Origin: an uncultured Roseicyclus sp.
Lineage (GTDB): Bacteria > Pseudomonadota > Alphaproteobacteria > Rhodobacterales > Rhodobacteraceae
Assembly (NCBI GenBank): GCA_947491935.1
Contig: CANLLF010000003.1
Span: forward strand, 580,397 to 644,396
Length of the DNA stretch: 64,000 nt
Direction of reading: 5' to 3'
Both the position numbers and the translations under genes were made by a program. The notes below the pieces were generated by a model that saw only the letters and a program-made list of their open reading frames with translations, ran no database searches and was not told the origin of the DNA. How positions within the stretch are numbered: the first letter of the stretch is position 1; every line of letters begins with the position of its first letter. Positions 39,491-48,901 of this stretch are shown here, piece after piece.

Positions 39491-39534
39491 CTTACTATCT
39501 GGGGTGCAATTAAATCGCCGGAGCGTCTGTCACC

Positions 39535-40149
39535 ATGCCCAAACACAATGCCGCTACGATTGCCGATGCGTTGCGCAAACGCATTTGCCTTGAGCCGCCC
39601 ACCGCAAGCCCGGTTCTCCATGAACAGACGCTGGCGATCGAATTCGGCGTCTCCCGCACGCCGGTGCGTCAGGCGCTGCAACGGCTGGCCTATGAGCGGC
39701 TGGTTGAGGTGCGCTCGGGCGTGGGCACGGTCGTCTCCCCTCTCGATGAAGGGCGGCGCGACGATGACATCAAGCTGGCCTTCGCCCTGCTGCGGGTGGC
39801 CGCCGAGATCGAGGGCGACCGGCCGCTTTCGGTTGAGGTGAACACCTATATCAACGCGCTGGAACGGCAGGTCAGCGCGGCGGATACCATCGATCTCGAA
39901 ACCAATTTCACGATCCGGGCCACCTCCCTGCAGATGATCACCGACGAGATGTCGAACGATATCCTGGGCGAGGCGCTGAAAGCCGCCCTCTGGCGGCTGT
40001 TCCGCTGGCGCATGGCCGAGGCCGCCGCGGCACCGTCGGGCATCGACGGGCGGCTGCGCGAGGTCATGGCCCGGATGGCCGCCGCCACCCGCGTCGGCAC
40101 GATGCGCGCTCTTCTGGAGGCCCAGCATCAATCCCCTGCAACCCCTTGA
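39535..40149 (+). CDS. GntR family regulator
   Basis: LHEQTLA.EFGVSRTPVRQALQRLAYE.LV. Confidence 0.85.
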   Translation: MPKHNAATIADALRKRICLEPPTASPVLHEQTLAIEFGVSRTPVRQALQRLAYERLVEVRSGVGTVVSPLDEGRRDDDIKLAFALLRVAAEIEGDRPLSVEVNTYINALERQVSAADTIDLETNFTIRATSLQMITDEMSNDILGEALKAALWRLFRWRMAEAAAAPSGIDGRLREVMARMAAATRVGTMRALLEAQHQSPATP

Positions 40150-40174
40150 AATCAAGGCCGCGCCTCCGTATGTC
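40146..40174 (+). promoter_or_regulatory. Probable ssrA promoter
   Basis: TTGAAA-N17-TATGTC about 25 nt before the acceptor piece. Confidence 0.55.
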
Positions 40175-40197
40175 TTGAGGGTCTCTTCGGGGACTAT

Positions 40198-40497
40198 GGA
40201 CATAAACGCGCTCGTAATAAGCGGATCGGACCCGGGGGCGGTACCCGGCGGCTCCACCAACCACTCCCTCGTTTGGGGACAGATGGGGCCGAAATAGGAT
40301 CGACGAACGTCTAAAGGGGTTAGCTTTGTCCCGGTGAGTTACCACCGTTATCGGTACACATTGTACAGTTGCAAATGACAACCGTGCTCCGGCAATGGCT
40401 CTCGCAGCGTAAGCTGTCCTGAGTCGCCGACTTTAAGCCCAGTTCTCTAGCCAGAGCTGGCGGGGCCCGCCGGAGCCTGGCAACAGAATCCGGCACC
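40198..40497 (+). ncRNA. ssrA: Circularly permuted two-piece tmRNA
   Basis: Acceptor piece ending ...gggggcggtacccggcggctccACCA (40259), spacer, coding piece starting GGGGCCGAAATAGGATCGAC (40285); tag ANDNRAPAMALAA* at 40371-40412; ends approximate. Confidence 0.95.
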
Positions 40498-40773
40498 TTC
40501 AAACAATTCAGGCACCTGGCACCGGAAGCCTGCTTTTGGCCCACAGTGAGCTTTGAGATTTAGCGCGGTTAATCCAGGCCCCGTCGGCGACGCCTTTTGC
40601 GGTGCAAAGACGCTGGGGCAACAGAAGCCTGCACTTTCTCTCAATACCGTCTCATGTCCCGCGCCCGCGCCCGTCTGCTGCGCGTGCCATGCCACTTTTT
40701 TCATCCGCAAGTGATCCGATCGGCCAGACCGCCCGTTTACTTATTATGCAAGCAACAAAAGACCGGACATTCC

Positions 40774-41139
40774 ATGACCGCCATCGACTACATCAACTTC
40801 GCCGTTGCCATCGTAACCATCGGCCTTGGTCTGTGCGGGTGGCTGGCGCCGCGATGGACGATGTCGGTGCTGGATATGAAATCCGGGCCCACTAACATGG
40901 CCTATACCGAGGTGTCGGCCGTGTCCGGATGCCTGTTTGTCGGGATCGGCATGGGCGTGATGATCCTCAACGAGCCGATGGCGTGGATTGCGCTGGGTTT
41001 GGCCTACGGTGGTGCCGCCGTGGGGCGCGTCACCTCGATCCTGCGCGACGACGCGGCCTCGCGCCAAAGCTGGACGTTCTTCGGCACCGAAGCCGCATTG
41101 GCGGCCTGGCTGGTTCTGGCCAACCTGCCCCCGGCCTGA
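40774..41139 (+). CDS. DUF4345-like small membrane protein
   Basis: Four TM; AYTEVSAVSGCLF, GRVTSILRD, EAALAAWL. Confidence 0.7.
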   Translation: MTAIDYINFAVAIVTIGLGLCGWLAPRWTMSVLDMKSGPTNMAYTEVSAVSGCLFVGIGMGVMILNEPMAWIALGLAYGGAAVGRVTSILRDDAASRQSWTFFGTEAALAAWLVLANLPPA

Positions 41140-41231
41140 CGCCGAACGGGCGGCCAGAGCGCGGCTTTCATCTGACGGCGAATCTACTATGGTGAGGCCA
41201 TCAGCTTCCGCTGCCAGAAGTTCGGTGTTCC

Positions 41232-41732
41232 ATGACTGAGACGACCCCCACCATCCCCTACGGCCGCCTGATGCACGAGGCTGTGTGCGGCGTGATCCGG
41301 CAGGTTCTCGATGGTGTGGCGCAAGACGGCCTGCCCGGCGAGCATCATTTCTTCATCACCTTCGACACGCGCAATCCGGGCGTGGACCTCGCCGATTGGC
41401 TGCGCGATCGCTACCCCGAAGAGATGATGATTGTGATCCAGAACTGGTATGACGATCTGGTCGTTACCGAAGACGGCTTTGCCATCACGCTCAATTTCGG
41501 CGATGCGCCCGAGCGGCTCACCGTGCCCTATGATGCGATCCTGACCTTTGTGGATCCATCCGTGGAATTCGGCTGGCGGTTTGAACGCACCGATGAGGAA
41601 GAGGATGGCCCCGACGGCGATCCCCCGGCCCCCGATGACGATCCCGGTGGGGAGCCCGATATCGAGGCCGCGGCCGATGCGCCCCACGATGCCGAAGTCG
41701 TCAGCCTCGACCGGTTCCGCAAGAACCACTGA
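41232..41732 (+). CDS. sspB: ClpXP adaptor SspB (alphaproteobacterial type)
   Basis: GLPGEHHFFITFDT..PGV, YPEEMMIVIQNWY, FVDPSVEFG, C-terminal VVSLDRFRK ClpX-binding motif. Confidence 0.92.
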   Translation: MTETTPTIPYGRLMHEAVCGVIRQVLDGVAQDGLPGEHHFFITFDTRNPGVDLADWLRDRYPEEMMIVIQNWYDDLVVTEDGFAITLNFGDAPERLTVPYDAILTFVDPSVEFGWRFERTDEEEDGPDGDPPAPDDDPGGEPDIEAAADAPHDAEVVSLDRFRKNH

Positions 41733-41764
41733 GCCCAGTATTCCCTGTTTCCCGGAGGCCGAGT

Positions 41765-42325
41765 GTGGCGCGCAGTGATTTTGCCCTGTTCATGGGTCAG
41801 CTTTTTCGCAAACCGCATCAGGTGGTGGCGCTGGCGCCGTCCTCAAGGAGGCTCTGCGCAGAGATGGTCGCGGAGCTGGATCCCGATGGCGGCCCGGTGA
41901 TCGAACTGGGCGCCGGGACCGGCAATATCACGCGCTCCATTCTGGGCGCTGGCATTGCCCCCGAAAACTGCCATTCCATCGAGATGAACCCCGATTTCTG
42001 CGCTCGCCTGCGCGGCAATTTTCCGGGCCTCAACGTCCATCAGATGAGCGCGGGCGATTGCGGCGATCTGGACGTCGAAAACGTGCAGGCCGTCGTATCC
42101 GGCCTGCCGCTCCTGTCGATGCCGGTACAGCTTCAGCGCGATATCCTGACGGGCTTCGCCATGAAGGTGCGGCCCGGCGGGCAATATGTGCAATTCACCT
42201 ACGGCCCCAAGCCGCCCGTCACCCGCGTGGTGCGCGAGGAGTTGGGGCTGGATTGGCGCATGAGCGGCAAGATCTGGTGGAACATGCCGCCCGCCCGCGT
42301 CTACCGCTTCACGCAGGCCGCTTAG
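41765..42325 (+). CDS. pmtA: Phospholipid N-methyltransferase-like class I SAM MTase
   Basis: ALAPSS, VIELGAGTG, VVSGLPLLS, YVQFTYG, NMPPARVY. Confidence 0.75.
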   Translation: MARSDFALFMGQLFRKPHQVVALAPSSRRLCAEMVAELDPDGGPVIELGAGTGNITRSILGAGIAPENCHSIEMNPDFCARLRGNFPGLNVHQMSAGDCGDLDVENVQAVVSGLPLLSMPVQLQRDILTGFAMKVRPGGQYVQFTYGPKPPVTRVVREELGLDWRMSGKIWWNMPPARVYRFTQAA

Positions 42326-42331
42326 GCCGAC

Positions 42332-43210
42332 CTACGCCAGCGGCCCAAGAAACGCCGCCCGCTGCGCGCGGAGCGCCTTGGACAGGTGATCGACCAGAAG
42401 CCGCACCCGCGTGGTGCGCTTGAGGTCCGAATGCAGCAAGATCCAGATCGAGCGGTCGAGAAACGCCTCCGTCCCCGGAACCGGCACAAGATCCGGCATG
42501 TGCTGCGCGAAGATCACCGGAAGTGTGCCCATCCCAAGGCCCGCCCGGACAAGGTTGATCTGCATATAGGCCCCATTGGCGGAATGGCGCAGGGCCGCCT
42601 TGGGAAACGCCGTCTCCTTGCGCCACGCACCGTTGTCACCCCACCCGATCCAGTGCAGCCCTTCGCCCTGCGCGCCGCGGCCCTCCCAATGGGCCTCCAG
42701 GTAGCTTTGGCTCGCATAGGGCCGCGCGGCATATTGCAGGACCTTGCGGCCGGTCACGTCGTCATCCACCGAAAAGCCGACGCGGATCGAGACGTCCACC
42801 TCGGCGCGGGCGAGGTTCTGGATGCGGTTCGATAGGTCGATATCCAGCTCGATCGCAGGGTATTGGGCCGCGAACGCCCCCAGGATCGGCGCGATGATGT
42901 CAAAGGCGAAGGCGGGCGGCATCGTCAGGCGGATGCGCCCGGAGGCCTCGCGGTCGAGGCCCTGAAGCCGCCGCCGCGCCGCGATGACGGAGGCTTCGGC
43001 CTCCTCGGCCTGCGGCAGTAGGGTTTCGCCCGCCTGGGTCAGGACAAGGCCGCGCGGCGTGCGATCAAACAGGCGAACCCCATAGGCCGCCTCAAGGCTG
43101 CGCAGGTGCCGGTCCACCGTCGCATGGGTCGCGCCCATATCCTCGGCCGCCGCGCGCAGCGATCCGCCCCGTGCCACCGACAGGAAATAAGGTAATCCGG
43201 TCCAATCCAT
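42332..43210 (-). CDS. LysR family regulator
   Basis: MDW..L.YFL.VARGGSLRAAA..MG..HATV.RHL..LE...GVRLFDR. Confidence 0.92.
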   Translation of the reverse strand: MDWTGLPYFLSVARGGSLRAAAEDMGATHATVDRHLRSLEAAYGVRLFDRTPRGLVLTQAGETLLPQAEEAEASVIAARRRLQGLDREASGRIRLTMPPAFAFDIIAPILGAFAAQYPAIELDIDLSNRIQNLARAEVDVSIRVGFSVDDDVTGRKVLQYAARPYASQSYLEAHWEGRGAQGEGLHWIGWGDNGAWRKETAFPKAALRHSANGAYMQINLVRAGLGMGTLPVIFAQHMPDLVPVPGTEAFLDRSIWILLHSDLKRTTRVRLLVDHLSKALRAQRAAFLGPLA

Positions 43211-43337
43211 CTGGCCCGTCTAGCACAACAGTGCGCCGAGAGTGGATCGTTTTCTGACCGCACTGTCTGATTCATGGGCGTTCTGGATCGAATTCGCGCC
43301 GCCTAGGTTCTCTTCAACCGAAACAGGAGACCCGATC

Positions 43338-44300
43338 ATGGACCGCCGCACCTTCCTATCCTCCACCGCCGCCATCACCTTGCCGGTGCCCCTGGCGCTC
43401 GGCCCCGGCCTCCTGCACGCTGACGGCCACGGCTTCCCCTACCGCAAGTCGCGCATGGAGATTGCGGGGCACCAGATGGCCTATGTCGATACCGGCGCGG
43501 GCCAGCCCATCGTGTTCCTGCACGGCAATCCGACCTCCTCCTATCTCTGGCGCAACATCATTACATATGTCACCACCACCCACCGCGCGATTGCGCCGGA
43601 CCTGATCGGGATGGGCGACAGCGATCAGCCAGACCTGGCCTATACCTACGCAGATCACGCAGAGCATCTGCACGGGCTTCTCGACGCGCTGGACCTGCAG
43701 GACGTCATCCTCGTCCTACACGATTGGGGCAGTGCGTTGGGCTTCGACTGGGCCGAGCAGAACCGCGACCGGGTCTCGGCCATTGCGTTCATGGAGGCGA
43801 TGCTGCCCCCGGCCATGCCGTTTGCCTCGCTCGACGCCATGGGCCCGCCCGCCAATGAGCTTTTCGCCATGTTGCGGTCCCCGGCGGGGGAGGAGGCCGT
43901 GTTGCAAGGCAATGTCTTCGTCGAGGAAATATTGCGGAATTTCGGAACGCTACAGCCCCTCTCCGATGACGTGATGGCCGCCTACCGCGCGCCCTTTCCT
44001 ACTCCGGCAAGTCGCCGCCCCACCCTGCAATGGCCGCGCGAAGTGCCCATCGCGGGGGAACCCGCCCACACGGCGGAGGTGATCACCCGCTACGGCGCGT
44101 GGATGCTGGAGACTGACCTGCCGAAGCTGATGTTCCACGTCACCCCCGGCGCTCTGATCCCGCCCCCCGCGGCGGCGTTCCTGCAGGCCAACATGACGAA
44201 CCTGACCGCCGTGGATCTCGGCCCCGGCGCGCATTTCATCCAGGAAGACTACCCCGATGAGATCGGCCAAGCCCTGGCCGACTGGACCCTCACTCTCTGA
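43338..44300 (+). CDS. Haloalkane dehalogenase (HLD-II-like) with Tat signal peptide
   Basis: DRRTFL twin-Arg motif; HGNPTSSYLWRN, HDWG (Asp nucleophile/Trp), FMEA (Glu), GAHFIQED (His). Confidence 0.88.
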   Translation: MDRRTFLSSTAAITLPVPLALGPGLLHADGHGFPYRKSRMEIAGHQMAYVDTGAGQPIVFLHGNPTSSYLWRNIITYVTTTHRAIAPDLIGMGDSDQPDLAYTYADHAEHLHGLLDALDLQDVILVLHDWGSALGFDWAEQNRDRVSAIAFMEAMLPPAMPFASLDAMGPPANELFAMLRSPAGEEAVLQGNVFVEEILRNFGTLQPLSDDVMAAYRAPFPTPASRRPTLQWPREVPIAGEPAHTAEVITRYGAWMLETDLPKLMFHVTPGALIPPPAAAFLQANMTNLTAVDLGPGAHFIQEDYPDEIGQALADWTLTL

Positions 44301-44328
44301 ACCCCCTCCCCTCGAAAGGACCCACAAC

Positions 44329-44802
44329 ATGGCTTCCGTTTCCGTGACCCGAACCGTCAACGCCCCGCTCGATCAGCTCTGGGACAGCTGGGATGATCTG
44401 GCCGCGATGGCCGATTTCAACCCGAACCTCAGCCGCTCCTACATGGTGGGCAAGTCCGCGCCCACCGGCATGGGGGCCGTGCGCCACTGCGACCTGTCGG
44501 ATGGAAAGAACTACCTGAAAGAACGCGTTATCGGTTATGATAAGCACCGCAAACTGGTGATCGACATCTTCGAGACATCGATGCCGATGAAGGACGCCAA
44601 GGGCATCTTCGAGTTTCGCGCCCTCGGCCCGACCCGGTCGGAGGTGACGTTCACCATGGAGTTCACGCCGCCCATGGGGATCCTCGGCAAATTGATGCTG
44701 CCGATGATGAGGCCGCAGATGCGGAAATTGCTGGCCAAGGTGGTGGACGGCAACAAGGCCTATGTCGAACGCGGCGAGACGGTGCAGCGCGCCGCCGCCT
44801 GA
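44329..44802 (+). CDS. SRPBCC/polyketide-cyclase family protein
   Basis: VTRTVNAPLDQLWD, GMGAVRHCDL.DG..LKERV. Confidence 0.85.
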   Translation: MASVSVTRTVNAPLDQLWDSWDDLAAMADFNPNLSRSYMVGKSAPTGMGAVRHCDLSDGKNYLKERVIGYDKHRKLVIDIFETSMPMKDAKGIFEFRALGPTRSEVTFTMEFTPPMGILGKLMLPMMRPQMRKLLAKVVDGNKAYVERGETVQRAAA

Positions 44803-44905
44803 TGGCGCAAACATGGCCGCTCGCGCCCCGATCTCGCGGGCGGCTCATGGACATCGCGGCCCGCCCTTGGTTTAACAGCGTCCGACAGGACACTGGAGAG
44901 CCGCG

Positions 44906-46302
<1,397 letters not shown>

Positions 46303-46306
<4 letters not shown>

Positions 46307-46686
46307 GCGATCCGGTCCGGGTCCGGCCGCACCTGATGCTGCAGGGCGGCGTGGCGGGGGAGGCCATCGCGCTCTGGGCCCGTGCCTTCCCCCATCTGGA
46401 GGCCAGCCCACCTGCGGGGCCCGCCGCCCTGTGGCATCTGAGCATTGGGGATTTGTCCTTCACCCTCTTCGACAGCCCCGAGCCGCACGAGTTTGCCCCG
46501 ACGCCGTCGTGGTCCTTTCTGGTCGATCTGCAGACACCCGCGCGCGTGGACGAGGTCTGTTCGGTTCTGGCCGAAGACGGGTCCGTCATGATGCCGGTGG
46601 ATGCCTATGATTTTGCCGAGCGCTTTGCGTGGGTCGAGGATCGCTTCGGCATTTCCTGGCAATTGCGGTACGGGGCGCGTGCATGA
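46303..46686 (+). CDS. VOC/PhnB-like (3-demethylubiquinone-9 3-methyltransferase domain) protein
   Basis: [36 protein letters not shown]; ATGA overlap. Confidence 0.85.
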
Positions 46687-46874
46687 GCGGCAAGGTCGTC
46701 AGCCTGTCCCGCGCCCGCAAGACACGGGCGCGCGATGACAAGCGGCGACAGGCCGATGCCAATGCCGCCAGGCACGGTCGGACAAAGGCGGAGCGCGCGG
46801 CGGATGAGGCCAGGGCAGCAAAAGCCGAACACGCGCTGGACGGGCACAAGACCGAAGGGCCCGAGACGTCATGA
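46683..46874 (+). CDS. DUF4169 family protein
   Basis: VVSL.RARK.RAR...R..ADANAA.HGRTKAER. Confidence 0.85.
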   Translation: MSGKVVSLSRARKTRARDDKRRQADANAARHGRTKAERAADEARAAKAEHALDGHKTEGPETS

Positions 46875-47332
46875 GGTCGCCCCTCAAGCTCGTTGCCACC
46901 AGTGCGATGGCGGTCGCGATCGGGGTCTTCGCAACGATGCAGGCCGCCTTCCAACGCTTTGATTGCACGGCGCCCGATGGATCATCCGTCGACTATTACG
47001 GTACGATCCTGCCTTATCGCACCCGCTTCGATGTCAACAGCGCGGAGGTGCCCGTCCTTTGGCTGCTGCCCTTCATCGTGAATGCCCTGCCGATCATGGT
47101 CATCGCCTGGCTGTTGATCGGCCGCCCTATACTGCGCCGCGGGCGCCCGGAACAGGCGATCAAGGTGAGCATGCTCCTCATCGGTTTCGCGGCGTTTCTG
47201 GTGTGGTTTACGGTCCTGGGCTTCGGCGCCTACCAGATCGAAACGGCAACATTTGGCCCCGACCTCGGCTCAAGCCAATGCGACCGCGCGTTCGGCGTCT
47301 ATGAGGGCGCGGTGTCGAGTTATAGTTTCTGA
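46871..47332 (+). CDS. Hypothetical membrane protein
   Basis: Three TM, two Cys; ATGA overlap upstream, TGATG overlap downstream. Confidence 0.65.
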   Translation: MRSPLKLVATSAMAVAIGVFATMQAAFQRFDCTAPDGSSVDYYGTILPYRTRFDVNSAEVPVLWLLPFIVNALPIMVIAWLLIGRPILRRGRPEQAIKVSMLLIGFAAFLVWFTVLGFGAYQIETATFGPDLGSSQCDRAFGVYEGAVSSYSF

Positions 47333-47565
47333 TGCCCGACGCCCGCCCCCGCAAACGCTCGCTGACATTGCAGGGTCATCGCACAAGCGTTTCGCTTGAA
47401 GATGCGTTCTGGGAGGAGTTGCTGGCACTGGCCGAGGTGCGGGGGCTCTCCGTGAATGCGCTCGTCGCCGAAATTGACGCCGAGCGCGGTGTCTCGGCCG
47501 GGCTCGCCTCGGCCATCCGGGTCCATATCCTACAGCAGTTGAAGAATCGTCTCAGCGACGGGTAA
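47332..47565 (+). CDS. Ribbon-helix-helix domain protein
   Basis: RKRSLTLQGHRTSVSLEDAFW, LASAIRV. Confidence 0.9.
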   Translation: MPDARPRKRSLTLQGHRTSVSLEDAFWEELLALAEVRGLSVNALVAEIDAERGVSAGLASAIRVHILQQLKNRLSDG

Positions 47566-48901
47566 CGCGCAGGCGGATGCCATCTTTCGCGCGCACCGTC
47601 AGGTAGGCCACCGGCACCGGATCCTCCCGCGCGATCCGCTCGAACCGGAACGCCCGGATCAGCATGGCCAGCAAAAGCGGCACCTCAACCATGGCGAACC
47701 CCGCCCCGGTGCAGACGCGCGCGCCCGCGGAGAACGGAATGAACGCCTCACGCATACACTGCTTGCCGTTTTCCGTGTGCCAGCGCCCCGGATCGAAGCC
47801 ATCGGGATTGTCCCAGAGCCGATTGTGCCGGTGCAGGTGCCACGGCGAAATCACGATCTGCGCGCCGGGTCTGATCGGGCGATCCCGGAAGGTCTCAGGG
47901 CGGGTGGTTTCCCGCACCATCATCGGCACCGGCGGATAAAGCCGCAGCGCCTCGCGAAACACGTCGCGGGTGACGCGCAGCTTCGACATCGCGGCGAAGT
48001 CGGCGGCATTGGGCAGACCTGCCGCCTCCGCCGCCACCTTGTCCTGCCAATCCGGGTACCGCGCCAGCAGGTAGAGCGCCCATCCCAGCGCGCTGGCCGA
48101 TGTCTCGTGGCCCGCCAGAAAGAAGATCGCCACCTGATCGACCATCTCCTGCGTCGTGAACCGCTCCCCCGTCTCCGGGTCCTCCGTTGTCATGATCTTG
48201 GTCACCAGATCGTCCGGCGCGGTTCCGGCCTCAATATCCGCCATGCGGTCCTCGGTCAGCCGCGTGATCAGCGCCCGGATCGCCTTGGCGGTGTCCCGCG
48301 TCTCGGCCCGGTGCCCGCGCGGCAGCCAGCGCGGCAGCGGCACGAAGGCGGCCGCGTTCAGGATCGGTTGCGTCCGCTGATAGGCGCGGAACTGATGAAA
48401 CACCTCCGTCGCGATCTCGGCCTCGATGGGCAGGGAAAACAGCGTGCGAAAGATCACATCCGCCGCCGCGTGGCTCATCTCCTCCTCGATCTCCGCCACA
48501 CCTTCCGACATCCGGGCCACCGCCGCCTCTCCCGCCGCCCACATGGCCGGAAACGTATCGCGCAGGCGCCCGCCCTCGAAGGCCGGGTCGATGATGCGGC
48601 GCTGCTTCTGCCACTCCGCGCCATTGGTCAGGAAAACGCTGTTGCCCAGAAGCGGGCGCAGCCCCTCCCCGATCCGGTCGGATTTCGGAAACTCCATCGG
48701 CCGCGCCCTCAGCACCTCCTCCACCAAAGACGGCTGGTTGATCATGTAGGACCGGAAAAACGGCGTCCGAAACTCCGCCATCCAGGCGCGGTAGAGACGG
48801 GCCGGTTGCGCCGACAGGATATCCCGGCGAAAGAGTCGCATATAACGCCAGAGCGAGACACGGTCCGCCCGTGCGACCGGCTTGGGGGGCAGATCCGTCA
48901 T
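47552..48901 (-). CDS. Cytochrome P450
   Basis: AGHETSA I-helix, EALRLYPP, FDPGRW, FSAGARVCTG heme Cys. Confidence 0.95.
   Translation of the reverse strand: MTDLPPKPVARADRVSLWRYMRLFRRDILSAQPARLYRAWMAEFRTPFFRSYMINQPSLVEEVLRARPMEFPKSDRIGEGLRPLLGNSVFLTNGAEWQKQRRIIDPAFEGGRLRDTFPAMWAAGEAAVARMSEGVAEIEEEMSHAAADVIFRTLFSLPIEAEIATEVFHQFRAYQRTQPILNAAAFVPLPRWLPRGHRAETRDTAKAIRALITRLTEDRMADIEAGTAPDDLVTKIMTTEDPETGERFTTQEMVDQVAIFFLAGHETSASALGWALYLLARYPDWQDKVAAEAAGLPNAADFAAMSKLRVTRDVFREALRLYPPVPMMVRETTRPETFRDRPIRPGAQIVISPWHLHRHNRLWDNPDGFDPGRWHTENGKQCMREAFIPFSAGARVCTGAGFAMVEVPLLLAMLIRAFRFERIAREDPVPVAYLTVRAKDGIRLRVTRR

Noticed and set aside
40228-40259. tRNA-like T-arm and CCA end
   Set aside because: It is the acceptor piece of the permuted tmRNA, not a tRNA gene
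41765-44802. Genomic island integrated at ssrA
   Set aside because: No integrase, no composition shift and no distal att copy; sspB and fumC are core genes; only the short local 18-bp duplicate is reported
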